DNA of 64,000 nucleotides from an uncultured Chloroflexia bacterium (GTDB lineage: Bacteria > Chloroflexota > Limnocylindria > Limnocylindrales > CSP1-4): positions 704,001 to 768,000 of the forward strand of contig CAVPPB010000003.1 of the NCBI GenBank assembly GCA_963707215.1, written 5' to 3'. Shown piece after piece: positions 41,963 to 52,300 of the stretch; positions within the stretch are counted from its first letter, which is position 1, and every line of letters begins with the position of its first letter. A program made the position numbers and the translations under genes. Below the pieces are notes generated by a model. It saw only the letters and a program-made list of their open reading frames with translations, did not search any database and was not told where the DNA came from.

Positions 41963-42799
41963 TCAGCTCTCGGCGGCCTCCACCCCGGCCGCCGTCCGAA
42001 GAGTGGGGGTCGCGATCCGCTGGCGTCGGACCAGGTCGAAACGATAACCGGCCGGCAGCGAGTGGAGGACGACGTTGCTCACCATGACCGGCCGGTGCCC
42101 GCGGACGTCCCAGGCGTCGGTCTCGGAGGCCGACCCATCCACGACCGTGACGCTGCCCCGGCCGATGACCTCCAGGACATGGTCCGGGCCGACGACGCCG
42201 GCCGTGTCCTCGTCGACTCCCAGCCCCAGCAGGCTGGGGTTCTGGGCGATCAGGCTCAGCAACCGGCCCAGCCGGTTCCGCTGCTGGAAGTGCTGGTCGA
42301 CGATCACCCCGGGCAGCACCCCGAGCCCGACCGCGATCTGGGCCATCCGCTGCTTCGGCGTCCCGCCGGAGGTGCCGAAGGCGATCATGTGGCTGCTCAT
42401 CGCCGAGGCTCCCGCGGAGGTCCCCGCGACGACGTTGCCTGCTCGATGGGACTCCAGGATCGCCGCCGCGAGGCGGGTGGCGCCCAGCGTCGCCGAGAGC
42501 TTCAGCTGGTTGCCGCCGGTCAGGAAGACGCCGGTCGAGGCCCCGACCAGGGCGACGGCGGCCTCGTCGTCGGCCTCGGCTCGGGTCGTCGCGTGGATCG
42601 GATGGACACGACGGACACCGAGATCACCGAAGACCTCCCGGTAGCGCTCGGCCGCCTCGACCCCCAGCGACGAGGCCGTGCTGATGACCGCGATCTCGGC
42701 CCGCGGGCCACCGGCCAGCGCCACGAAGCGCTGGAGGATGACACGGTCGCGGAACCTGTCCTCCGCGCCCCCGATGACGATGACGGTGCCGTCGGCCAC
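41963..42799 (-). CDS. cphB: Cyanophycinase
   Basis: IVIGGAED, FLTGGNQL, AGTSAGA (catalytic Ser), VDQHFQQRNRLGRL, GVDEDTA. Confidence 0.96.
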   Translation of the reverse strand: MADGTVIVIGGAEDRFRDRVILQRFVALAGGPRAEIAVISTASSLGVEAAERYREVFGDLGVRRVHPIHATTRAEADDEAAVALVGASTGVFLTGGNQLKLSATLGATRLAAAILESHRAGNVVAGTSAGASAMSSHMIAFGTSGGTPKQRMAQIAVGLGVLPGVIVDQHFQQRNRLGRLLSLIAQNPSLLGLGVDEDTAGVVGPDHVLEVIGRGSVTVVDGSASETDAWDVRGHRPVMVSNVVLHSLPAGYRFDLVRRQRIATPTLRTAAGVEAAES

Positions 42800-42926
42800 G
42801 ACCCGGCGAGCCCTCCCGAACGTTCGCGTGAGGATAGCAAACGGGCCGGAGCCCGCCGGCGAGGCCCCGCGGGGATGACCCGGCGGAGGCGGTCGCGCCC
42901 GGCAGGGTGGACCGCCGACGGCCGGT

Positions 42927-45017
42927 TCAGTGGATCGGGCCGACCGCCTGGTCCAGCGAGGCGCCCCGGAACTCCGACGTGTCCACGAGGCGATGGATCC
43001 TGCTGAGCAGCTCGCGGGCGCTGGCGGGCTTGACCAGGTAGTCGCTGCAGCCGATCGCCTCGGCCTCGGCGATGTCGGCCGCGCTCGAGTTGGCACTGAC
43101 GATCACGATAGGGACGTCGAGGCCGGCCGAGCGGACCTGGCGCGCCAGCTCCAGGCCGCTCCCATCGCCGAGGCCGACGTCGAGCACGATGATGCCGGGC
43201 GTGGACAGCTGGAGCGCCTCTTGGGCAGCCGCCAGGCTCGCCGCCTGCTGGACCTCGTAGCCGGCGCTCGAGAGGACATCGGTGACGAGCTCACGGGCCG
43301 TCGCGTCGTCTTCGACCACCAGGACCGGCACGGACCCCGGCGGCGGAGCGGGCGGCAGTGGCATGATCCGGATCGAGCGGTCGCGCGGCGACGCGATCCG
43401 GACCCCCGGCAGCGAGACGACGAAGGTGCTGCCGATCCCGTACGTGCTGGAAACGTCGATCGAGCCGCCGTGGAGCTCGCAGAGCCGCCGGGCGATCGCC
43501 AGACCCAGCCCCGTGCCGGAAGAGGTCGAGCCCAAACGCTCGAAGGGCTCGAAGACGCGGTCGAGGCTCTCAGCCGGGATGCCGACCCCGGTGTCGTGGA
43601 CGGCGATCCGGACGTCCGCTTCGTCGATGGACGAGTCGATCCAGACGCGCCCACCGGGGGCCGTGAACTTGATCGCGTTGGTCACTAGATTGAGCAGCAC
43701 CTGCCGGAGGCGGAGTGGATCCACCAGGACCCTGGCCTCGGTACGGTCCACCGCCGCCAGCTCGACGCCACGATCGCGAGCGACCGGGGCGGCGGCATCC
43801 ACGGCCTCGAGGATCAGGGCCTGGAGCTCGATCGGCTCGGGGTGCAGCTCAAGGTGGCCCGAGTTGATCCGGGCGAGGTCCACGACGTCGTCGATGAGGC
43901 CCAGGAGGTGCTTGCCGCTGGCGTGGATCTTGGTGCCCAGCTCGCGCATCCGATCCTCGGTCAGGGCGCCGAGCGCGGGATCGCTGACGAGCTCGGCCGC
44001 GATCAGGATCGAGTGCACCGGCGTGCGCAGCTCGTGGCTGACCGTGGCCAGGAATCGGAGGCGCTGCTGCGCCCCCTGCTCGAGCTCGGCGTTGAGGCGG
44101 TCGAGCTCCTCGACGAGGCGGGTCATCCGGCCGTGGATCCGGGCGTTGACCAGGGCGCCTGCGGCGTGCGCCGCGAGGGCGATGGCGAGCTCGCGATCCG
44201 CGTCATCGAACTCCGCCCGGCCGACCTTGTTGGCGAAGTAGAGCCTGGCCAGCATCTCGCCGTCCTTGACGACCGGGACCCCGAGGAACGACGTCATGAC
44301 CGGGTGGCCTCTCGGCACGCCGACGGATGCCTGGTGAGCCCGGAGGTCGGCCAGCATCACCGGACCGCTGTCGGCGGTGATCAGCCCGAGCACGCCCCTG
44401 CCGACCGGGAGCGGCCCCATCCGCTCGACGGTCTCGGGCTCGATGCCCTGGTGCAGGAACCGGTCGGTCGCCCCCTCGTCGCCGACGACGAGCATCGCGG
44501 CGTACTGGGCGCCCATGATCGACCGCGCCATCGTCAGGATGAGGTCGTGCACCTGCGCGGGCTCCCGGACGTCGGCCAGGGCGAGCATCGCCGAGCGGAT
44601 CCTGGATTCAGAGTCGCGGGCCCCGTCGATGACGGACTGCAGCGGGCCTCGATCGATGACGGTGACGAGCAGGGCGTCCGGTCCTGCGAGGGGCCGCTCC
44701 GGTCCGCCGGGCCGATCGTGCCACGGCCGCACGAGCAGACAGACGGGCATCGCGCGACCATCCGGGGCGACCATCCGGCACTCCACGTCGACGGCATCGG
44801 ACCGGCCGGCGAGGACCGCGCGCGCCCGTTCGACGATGCCAGGCGCGTCGCCGGGATCGAGCGCCCCGGCCAGGGACCGAACCTTGAGAACGCCAAGGTC
44901 CATGCCGACCAGCTCTCCGAACGGAGGGTTCGCGTGGACCCACCGGAGATCTCGGTCCAGCACCGCCATCGCCAGTGGGACGGCGTCGACCAGGTCGCGG
45001 ATGTGCTCGGATCCCAT
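42927..45017 (-). CDS. Hybrid sensor histidine kinase (PAS-GAF-HisKA-HATPase-REC)
   Basis: PAS (VHANPPF), DosS-like GAF (SVGVPRGHPVMTSFLGVPV), SHELRTP, NLVTNAIKFT, DTGVGI, GTGLGL, C-terminal receiver (VEDD...LDV...KP). Confidence 0.93.
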   Translation of the reverse strand: MGSEHIRDLVDAVPLAMAVLDRDLRWVHANPPFGELVGMDLGVLKVRSLAGALDPGDAPGIVERARAVLAGRSDAVDVECRMVAPDGRAMPVCLLVRPWHDRPGGPERPLAGPDALLVTVIDRGPLQSVIDGARDSESRIRSAMLALADVREPAQVHDLILTMARSIMGAQYAAMLVVGDEGATDRFLHQGIEPETVERMGPLPVGRGVLGLITADSGPVMLADLRAHQASVGVPRGHPVMTSFLGVPVVKDGEMLARLYFANKVGRAEFDDADRELAIALAAHAAGALVNARIHGRMTRLVEELDRLNAELEQGAQQRLRFLATVSHELRTPVHSILIAAELVSDPALGALTEDRMRELGTKIHASGKHLLGLIDDVVDLARINSGHLELHPEPIELQALILEAVDAAAPVARDRGVELAAVDRTEARVLVDPLRLRQVLLNLVTNAIKFTAPGGRVWIDSSIDEADVRIAVHDTGVGIPAESLDRVFEPFERLGSTSSGTGLGLAIARRLCELHGGSIDVSSTYGIGSTFVVSLPGVRIASPRDRSIRIMPLPPAPPPGSVPVLVVEDDATARELVTDVLSSAGYEVQQAASLAAAQEALQLSTPGIIVLDVGLGDGSGLELARQVRSAGLDVPIVIVSANSSAADIAEAEAIGCSDYLVKPASARELLSRIHRLVDTSEFRGASLDQAVGPIH

Positions 45018-45365
45018 GTGCCGCCCAGGCCCTCTCCGCTCCAAGCCCGGCGGGATCGCCGGGGGACGCGCGCCGGTCGGGCGATTGTGCTCGTTGGAAC
45101 CGAGGGCGTCTACCCGCATCCGGGGGGTCTCCGGGCCGGGGTGCCGCTCCGGGTGCAGGGGACGGCCTGCTGCATTCGCGGGGCCGCTCCATCGGCTGCT
45201 GCGTGCGGCGCCCGTTGACGGCGCCGGTATGGTTGAGGCTCGGCTCACCGCTGCCGTGCCGGATGTGGTTCCCAGGGTACGTGCCCGCCCGGGGAGGACC
45301 GACCGGCGCTCGGGGAGGGGCGGGGTCGATCATGGGCCTGCGTCTTCCGGGGGAGGAGGACGAGG

Positions 45366-46163
45366 ATGGCAGGGGGTGTCTTCGGCCGACCCGAGATCGG
45401 CTCGACCGGTCCGCACGTAGAGGAGCGGGCCGCGCCGGTCCCGGGCGGGGCGCGCTCGAGCAGCGCCACCGGTCCGGTCCGCCCACCCGAGACGGCTCCG
45501 GCGAGCCCGATCCGGGTGATGGTGGTGGATGATCACCTGGCGTTCGCGGAGGCGCTGGCCATGGTCATCACCGCGCGCCCGGATCTCGACTGCCCGGTCA
45601 TCGCGACGTCGATCACCGACGGCCTGCGGGCCGCGGAGCGCGAGGCCCCGGACGTGATCCTGCTCGACGTGCTGCTCCCGGACGGCGACGGCGTCGACGC
45701 GATCGACCGGTTCCGCGACGCCGCGCCCGGTACCCGGATCCTGGTGCTGACCGGCCACATGGACCTCGACGTGCTGACGCGAGCCGCGGCCTCGGGGGCA
45801 AGCGGCTTCCTCCAGAAGGAGAGCAACGTCGAGGCGATCGTCCGGGCCATCCGGGCGGCACGGGACGGCACGATCCTCGTCGAGCAGGCGACGCTGACCT
45901 CGATCCTCGGCCGGGTCCGCCAGGGCGCCGCCTCGGCCGGGGCGGCGGACGACCGTCCCCACCTGACCGCCCGCGAGATGGACGTCCTCGCCCTGATGGG
46001 CGAGGGGCTCGACCCGCACGCCATCGCCCAGCTGCTCGAGATCAGCCTCAATACCTGTCGTGGCTACCAGAAGAGCCTCATGGCCAAGCTGGACGCCCAC
46101 AGCCAGCTCGAGGCCGTCGTGATCGCCACGCGCCGAGGGATCATCCAGCCGCCCAAGAGCTGA
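45366..46163 (+). CDS. NarL/FixJ family response regulator
   Basis: VMVVDDH, LLDVLLPDGDG, GASGFLQK, LuxR HTH LTAREMDVL...KLDAHSQLEAV. Confidence 0.94.
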   Translation: MAGGVFGRPEIGSTGPHVEERAAPVPGGARSSSATGPVRPPETAPASPIRVMVVDDHLAFAEALAMVITARPDLDCPVIATSITDGLRAAEREAPDVILLDVLLPDGDGVDAIDRFRDAAPGTRILVLTGHMDLDVLTRAAASGASGFLQKESNVEAIVRAIRAARDGTILVEQATLTSILGRVRQGAASAGAADDRPHLTAREMDVLALMGEGLDPHAIAQLLEISLNTCRGYQKSLMAKLDAHSQLEAVVIATRRGIIQPPKS

Positions 46164-46216
46164 CCCGGCACCGGCCGGTGACCCGGCCGTCGCGCCGGCG
46201 CCGGGCCGCCCGCGTC

Positions 46217-46236
46217 GACCCCCAAGACTGGGGGTC
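46217..46236. promoter_or_regulatory. Perfect inverted repeat, candidate operator upstream of the giant oxidase gene
   Basis: GACCCCCA-AGAC-TGGGGGTC, with no U-tract after it. Confidence 0.45.
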
Positions 46237-46352
46237 TCGCCCCTCCAGTTGCGGGCTCGTCGCCCGGTCCATCGACCCCGACCATAGTCGCGTCCGCCCG
46301 TGGAGGGAACGTGGCGGTGGAGGATGACCGGTCCGGTCGAGGAGGGAAATCG

Positions 46353-49300
46353 ATGGACCGCTTGCGCGCTGTGCCTGTGCGCGCCGTGCGTGCACGAGCA
46401 CGGGCGGCCGCGCCGCCCGACCCCCGTCGTCGCCGGTCCGCCGCAACGGCTCCGATGTCACGGTCGATCCGGCCGCTGGCGTTCCTGGTGGCCGCCGTGG
46501 CGATCGCGCTCGGAGGGATCGGCACCGCCCACGAGTACCACCACGAGCTCCACGAGCACCACGAGCTGCCCCCCATCCTCCACTTCGGTCGTGACGCCGC
46601 GCTCGCCCTCCCGTTCGCGGTCGTCGCGGTCCTGGCCGCGACCGTCCTCTGCCTTGCCGTCCTCCGTCACGGCCGCAGCGCCGCCACCTCGATCGGTCTG
46701 CGCCTCCTCTGGGCGCTGAGCGCCGCCGGCGTCTTCGCCGCCCTCAGCATCCCGGGCAACGAGCTCCACGGGCGCCTGTTCGCCGCCGAGCACACCCTCG
46801 AGCTCGGCTGGCTGGAGCACGCCCTGCGTGATGCCGGCTTCGTCTTCGCCGGCTCCGCGATCGCCGCCGCCCTCGTCGCCGTGACGATCGGCCCACCGTG
46901 GCCGACCCGTCGCCTGGCGGCCTGGCCGCGCGCCTCGAGGCCCAGCGCCGGCCTCCTCGTCCCCGTCGCCCGGAGAGTGGGCGCGGCGTTCCTGGGCCTC
47001 GCGGTCCTGGCCTCGCCGATGCTGCCCTTCCCCACTCCCGCGTTCGTGCCGCCGGTCGAGGCGGTCGAGCCCGGGGTGGCGGCCGAGTGCGTCCGCACCG
47101 TCACGGCCGACGTCGTGGCGCTGGACCAGCCCTTCTACTACAACCGGCTGGGCGCCATCAACGCCAACGGCATGATCTACGCGCTCGCCCGGGACGTGGT
47201 CGTGAACGCCGGCGTCGCCGGCCTCGCCGGTCGCCCGCTGAGCGAGCTGACCGATGCCGAGCGGGAGACCGTAGACGGCCAGGTCTCGCTCCGAGCGGAC
47301 AAGCGACCTCGGCCGCTGACCCTCCGGGTGAATGAGGGGGACTGCCTGGCGATCCACTTCACGAACCTGCTGGACCCCGTCGGGTTCATCTTCGACCTGC
47401 CGGCCGACTTCCCGACGGACCCGATCCTGGGCCTCGGCGTACCGATCAACCAGCAGGTCGACAACCAGCCGCTCACCCGCGTGGCGTCGATCCATGTCGA
47501 CGGCCTGGAGCTGGTGAACGGCATCGCCGACGACGGTTCGCGCGTGGGCCGGAACCCCGCTGGCAGCAGTGTCGTCGCGCCCGGCTTCAGCACCGACTAC
47601 ACCTACTACGCCCCGGACAAGGGCACCCACCTGCTCTACAGCATGGGCACGACCCTCGGCGCGGAAGGCGACGGCGGGACTCGCTCCTACGGGCTGTTCG
47701 GAGCGGTCAACGTCGAGCCAGGCCCGACGGGCACCTTCCCCGGCTCGCTCTGGTACCGCAGCCAGTTGACCCGCCAGGAGATGGACTGGGCCACGCCTCC
47801 CGAGACGTTCACCGACTGGAACGCCAACGGGACCTGGGACGCCGGCATCGCCGAGCCCCTGACCGACTGGAACGAGAACGGGGTCCAGGACAACGGCATC
47901 GCCGAGCCCCTGACCGACTGGAACGAGAACGGGGTCCAGGACAACGGCATCGCCGAGCCCCTGACCGACTGGAACGAGAACGGGGTCCAGGACAACGGCA
48001 TCGCCGAGCCCTTCACCGACGTCGATGGCGGCACCCCTGGCGTGTACGACCTGGGCGAGCCGTTCACCGACTGGAACGAGAGCGGGGCCTGGGACGCCAG
48101 CGTCGACGAGCCGTTCACCGACTGGAACGAGAGCGGGGCCTGGGACGCCAGCGTCGACGAGCCGTTCACCGACTGGAACGAGAGCGGGGCCTGGGACGCC
48201 AGCGTCGACGAGCCGTTCACCGACTGGAACGAGAGCGGGGCCTGGGACGCCAGCGTCGACGAGCCGCTCGTCGACACGAACGGCGACGGGATCTGGAACG
48301 CCCACCAGGCGACCCCGGGCGGCCAGCCGATCCTCGACTACTTCGCGACGTACCCGCTGGAGGCCGGGCCGGCGAAGGCGGGCCTGCCGATCCTCAGCAT
48401 CCTCACGCCCGACCTGGAGATCATCCACTCGGACCTCAACGCGATCGTCGACGACCGCGGCTTCCCGTACCCGGACAACCAGGCCTACCCCAACCGCGGC
48501 GAGGAGCCGTTCCGCGAGTTCACGGTGATCTTCCACGACGAAGGCGTGGGGGTTCAGGCGTTCCCCGGCTTCTACAACGACCCGGTCCTGCGCCACACCC
48601 TCCACGGCGTCGTGGACGCCTTCCCGATCAACTACGGGTCGGGCGGCATCGGTTCGGAGATCATCGCCAACCGGCTCGGCGTGGGTCCGATGTGGGACTG
48701 CGCCGAGTGCAAGTACGAGGAGTTCTTCCTCACCTCGTTCACGGTCGGCGACCCGGCCATGATCGTCGACGTCCCGGCGAACACGACCGACGCCGCGGGC
48801 GCCATCATCCCCGGCCCCAAGGCCACCAAGGCCCTCTTCCCCGACGATCCGTCGAACGTCCACCACGCTTACCTGGGCGACCGGGTGGTGTTCCGCAACC
48901 TGCACGCCGGGCCCAAGGAGCACCACATCTTCCACCTGCACGCCCACCAGTGGCAGTTCAACCCGGACGACCCACAGTCGAACTACCTCGACGGCCAGGC
49001 GGTCGGGCCGGGCTCCGGCTACACCTACGAGATCGCCTATGGCGGGTCGGGCAACCGGAACCTCACCCCGGGCGACTCGATCTTCCACTGCCACTTCTAC
49101 CCGCACTTCGCCCAGGGCATGTGGGAGCTCTGGCGGGTCCACGACACCTTCGAGCCCGGGACGCTCATGGAGACCGACCCGACCGACGGCCTGCCGTGGC
49201 CGGCTGATGGCGCGCGCGCCCTGCCGGACGGGGAGATCGTCCGCGGTACGCCCATCCCGGGCGTGGTCCCGATGCCCGGGACGCCGATGGCGCCGATCCC

Positions 49301-52300
49301 CGACCCGGCTGCGACGATCGTGGCCCACGACCTCGACGGGGACGGCGCCCCCGACTCCAGCCAGTTCGACGCGAACGGCGACGGCATCGCCGACATCCTC
49401 CAGCCCGACGACCCGACCGCCGAGCCGGCGACGAACCCCGGCTACCCATGGTTCACCCCGGGCCTGGTCGGCCACCGGCCGCCCACGCCGGCGCTGGACC
49501 TCATCGACGACGGCGGCCTGCCACGCCACGTGGTCGCGAGTGGCCCGCTCGAGGACAACCCCGGCCACGCGGGGCCGCCCGTCGATACGTACGTCTCGCG
49601 GCTCGACTTCAACAAGGTCCTCCACGAGGCCTCGGCGATCCAGCTCCCGGAGGACGGCACCCCGGCGGAGCAGGTCGCCATGGCCTTCCACGCCGGCCCC
49701 GGCGGAGGCGACCCGACCTACGACAGCTTCTTCCCCGACGGTGCACCGGCCACGGGCCCGGACGGGTTCGAGGTGAACGGCTTGCCACCGGTCCGTGGCG
49801 CGCCCTTCGCCGATCCGTGCCGTGCCTTCAACGGCTCAGGGCCCTGGACCCTCGACTACCCCAACGGGACGGTGCGGACGATCAAGGGCGCCAACATCGA
49901 GATGCCGATCGTCCTCAACAAGGTGGGCTGGCACTTCCAGCAGCAGCGCTTCGAGGCGCTCTGGGAGGACGTCGTCCCGACGTTGACGAACGCCCGTGCC
50001 CCGCAGCCGATGATCATGCGGCTCAACAGCACCGACTGTGCCGAGTTCCACCATGCCAACCTGGTGCCGAACGTCTACCAGCTCGACGACTACCAGGTCC
50101 GCACGCCGACCGACATCATCGGCCAGCACATCCACTTGGTGAAGTTCGACGTCATGAGCGCCGACGGGTCGGCCAACGGCTGGAACTACGAGGACGGGAC
50201 CCTCAGCCCGGACGAGGTCCGCGAGCGCATCGACGCTTTCAACAACGGCGGCGGCCTGGTCCAGCTCGACGGCACCACGACGACGGCGCTCGCGCCGGAG
50301 GCCCATCCGTACTTCGGAGCGACCGGCCCGGACGACCAGGACTGGCGCGGCGCCCGGACCACCGTCCAGCGCTGGTACGCCGACCCGCTCCTCGAGCGAG
50401 CCTGGGACGGTGGCGTGGGCACCGTCTTCACCCACGACCACTACGGCCCGTCCACGCACCAGCAGGTGGGCCTCTACTCGACCCTGCTCGTCGAGCCGAA
50501 GGGCTCGACCTGGCGCCACAACGAGACGGGCCAGGCCCTCGGGACCAGGGCGGACGGAGGTCCCACGACCTGGCAGGCGATCATCCAGCCGGGGACCGGA
50601 GCGAGTGACGCCAGGTTCAAGCCCCACCGCGAGTTCTACTTCGAGTTCGCCGACTTCCAGCACGCCTACGAGCGGAACGGCGGCGCCCTGGGAGCCCAGC
50701 CGAACGAGGCCGTCCTCGGCCCGGCCGAGACGATCCCGTCGTACGCGGACTTCGACGACGCCATCAACCCATCGTTCCGGCTGCCGCCGCCGGACCCGGC
50801 CGACATCTACATCCACCCGAACTACTGCCCAGGCACGACCTTCGACGCGGCCGGCAACCCCCTCAACGTCGTGGCCCGACCATGCCCCGAGGCGATCTCG
50901 GCCGACGACCCGGGCACGTATGCCCTGAACTTCCGCAACGAGCCGATCGGCCTGCGGGTCTTCAACGGCCAGGTCGGCCCGGGCGCCGGCCAGTCGCCCG
51001 GCCTCGCCGGCGACATCGCCCACGCCTACCAGTCACGGACGGACCGGGCGATCCCCGAGCTGAACGTCCAGCCCGAGACGAACGGCATCTCCCCATACCC
51101 GCCGCTGACCGCCGACGTCCAGCCCGGCGATCCGTGGACCCCGATGCTCCGGGTCTACATGGGCGACGACGTCCGGATCCGGGTCCAGGTGGGCGCCCAC
51201 GAGGAGGAGCACAACTTCACCATCCCCGGGCTCAAGTGGAAGCAGGAGCCCAACAGCGAGAACTCGGGCTGGAAGAACAGCGAGTTCTTCGGCATCGACG
51301 AGTACTTCAACCTCGACGTGCCGATCGTCCCCGACACCGGCTCCGGCACCCCGGCCCGGGTCGACTACATCTACACGGTCGGCGCCGAGCTCGAGGGCAT
51401 GTGGAACGGCGTCTGGGGCGTCCTCCGCAGCTACAGCAGCCAGCGAAACGACCTGGTGGAGCTGCCGAGCAACGACGTGGGCCGCAACGGCTACGTCATC
51501 ACCAACGACGCAGACTTCGACGGGATCTGTCCGACGACGGCACCGGTGGCCTCGTTCGACGTGACGGCCGTCCGGGCCGTCGACGTCCTGGACCCGGTCC
51601 AGGGCCTCGTCTACAACGAGCGGCTGACGACGCTCCGCGCACCGCTCGGCGGCGTCAACGGACAGGGCCCGCTCATCGACCCGACAGCGCTGATGTACGT
51701 GCTCGACCAGGACCTGGTCCGCGACGCGACCGGGGCCCCGACGGGCTTGAAGCCGGGCACTCCGATCGAGCCGCTCATCCTGCGGGTGAACGCGGGCGAC
51801 TGCGTCCTCGTGGACCTCACGAACGCGCTCCCGCCTGACCTGTCCGGGACCGAGATGCCCGGCCTCAACGCCCTGCCGCCCATCGTCCAGAAGGACGTCG
51901 ACGTGGCGGTCCCCGGCGTCGGCGGGATCCTGACCTTCAACAGCAATGACCTCACCCCCTCGAGCAAGGTCGGCCTGACACCGCAGCTGCTCGCCTTCGA
52001 CCCGCGGACCGACGGCGGGTTCAGCACGGGACTCACCACCGGCCGGCTCGTCGAGCCGGGTGCCACCGGCCGCTACCGCTGGTACGCCGGTGACGTGACG
52101 GTGGCCAACGCCGGTGTCCAGGGCAACCGAACCAGGTTCACCCTGTCGGCCAGCCCGGTCGAGTTCGGGGCCACCGGCCTCATGCCCGCCGACCGGATCA
52201 AGGGCGACGAGAACGGCTTCGTCGGCGCGCTCATCGTCGAGCCGCAGGATTCGTGCTGGATCGCCGACCCGGGCACCCGGGCCCAGGCCACGGTCTGGAA

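Noticed and set aside
42800-42926. ArgR (ARG box) control of the cyanophycin operon
   Set aside because: No AT-rich TGAAT-N-ATTCA-like palindrome is discernible upstream of cphB.
47802-48305. Regular repeat array resembling CRISPR
   Set aside because: Units are contiguous 51-bp in-frame coding repeats with no unique spacers, and there are no cas genes.
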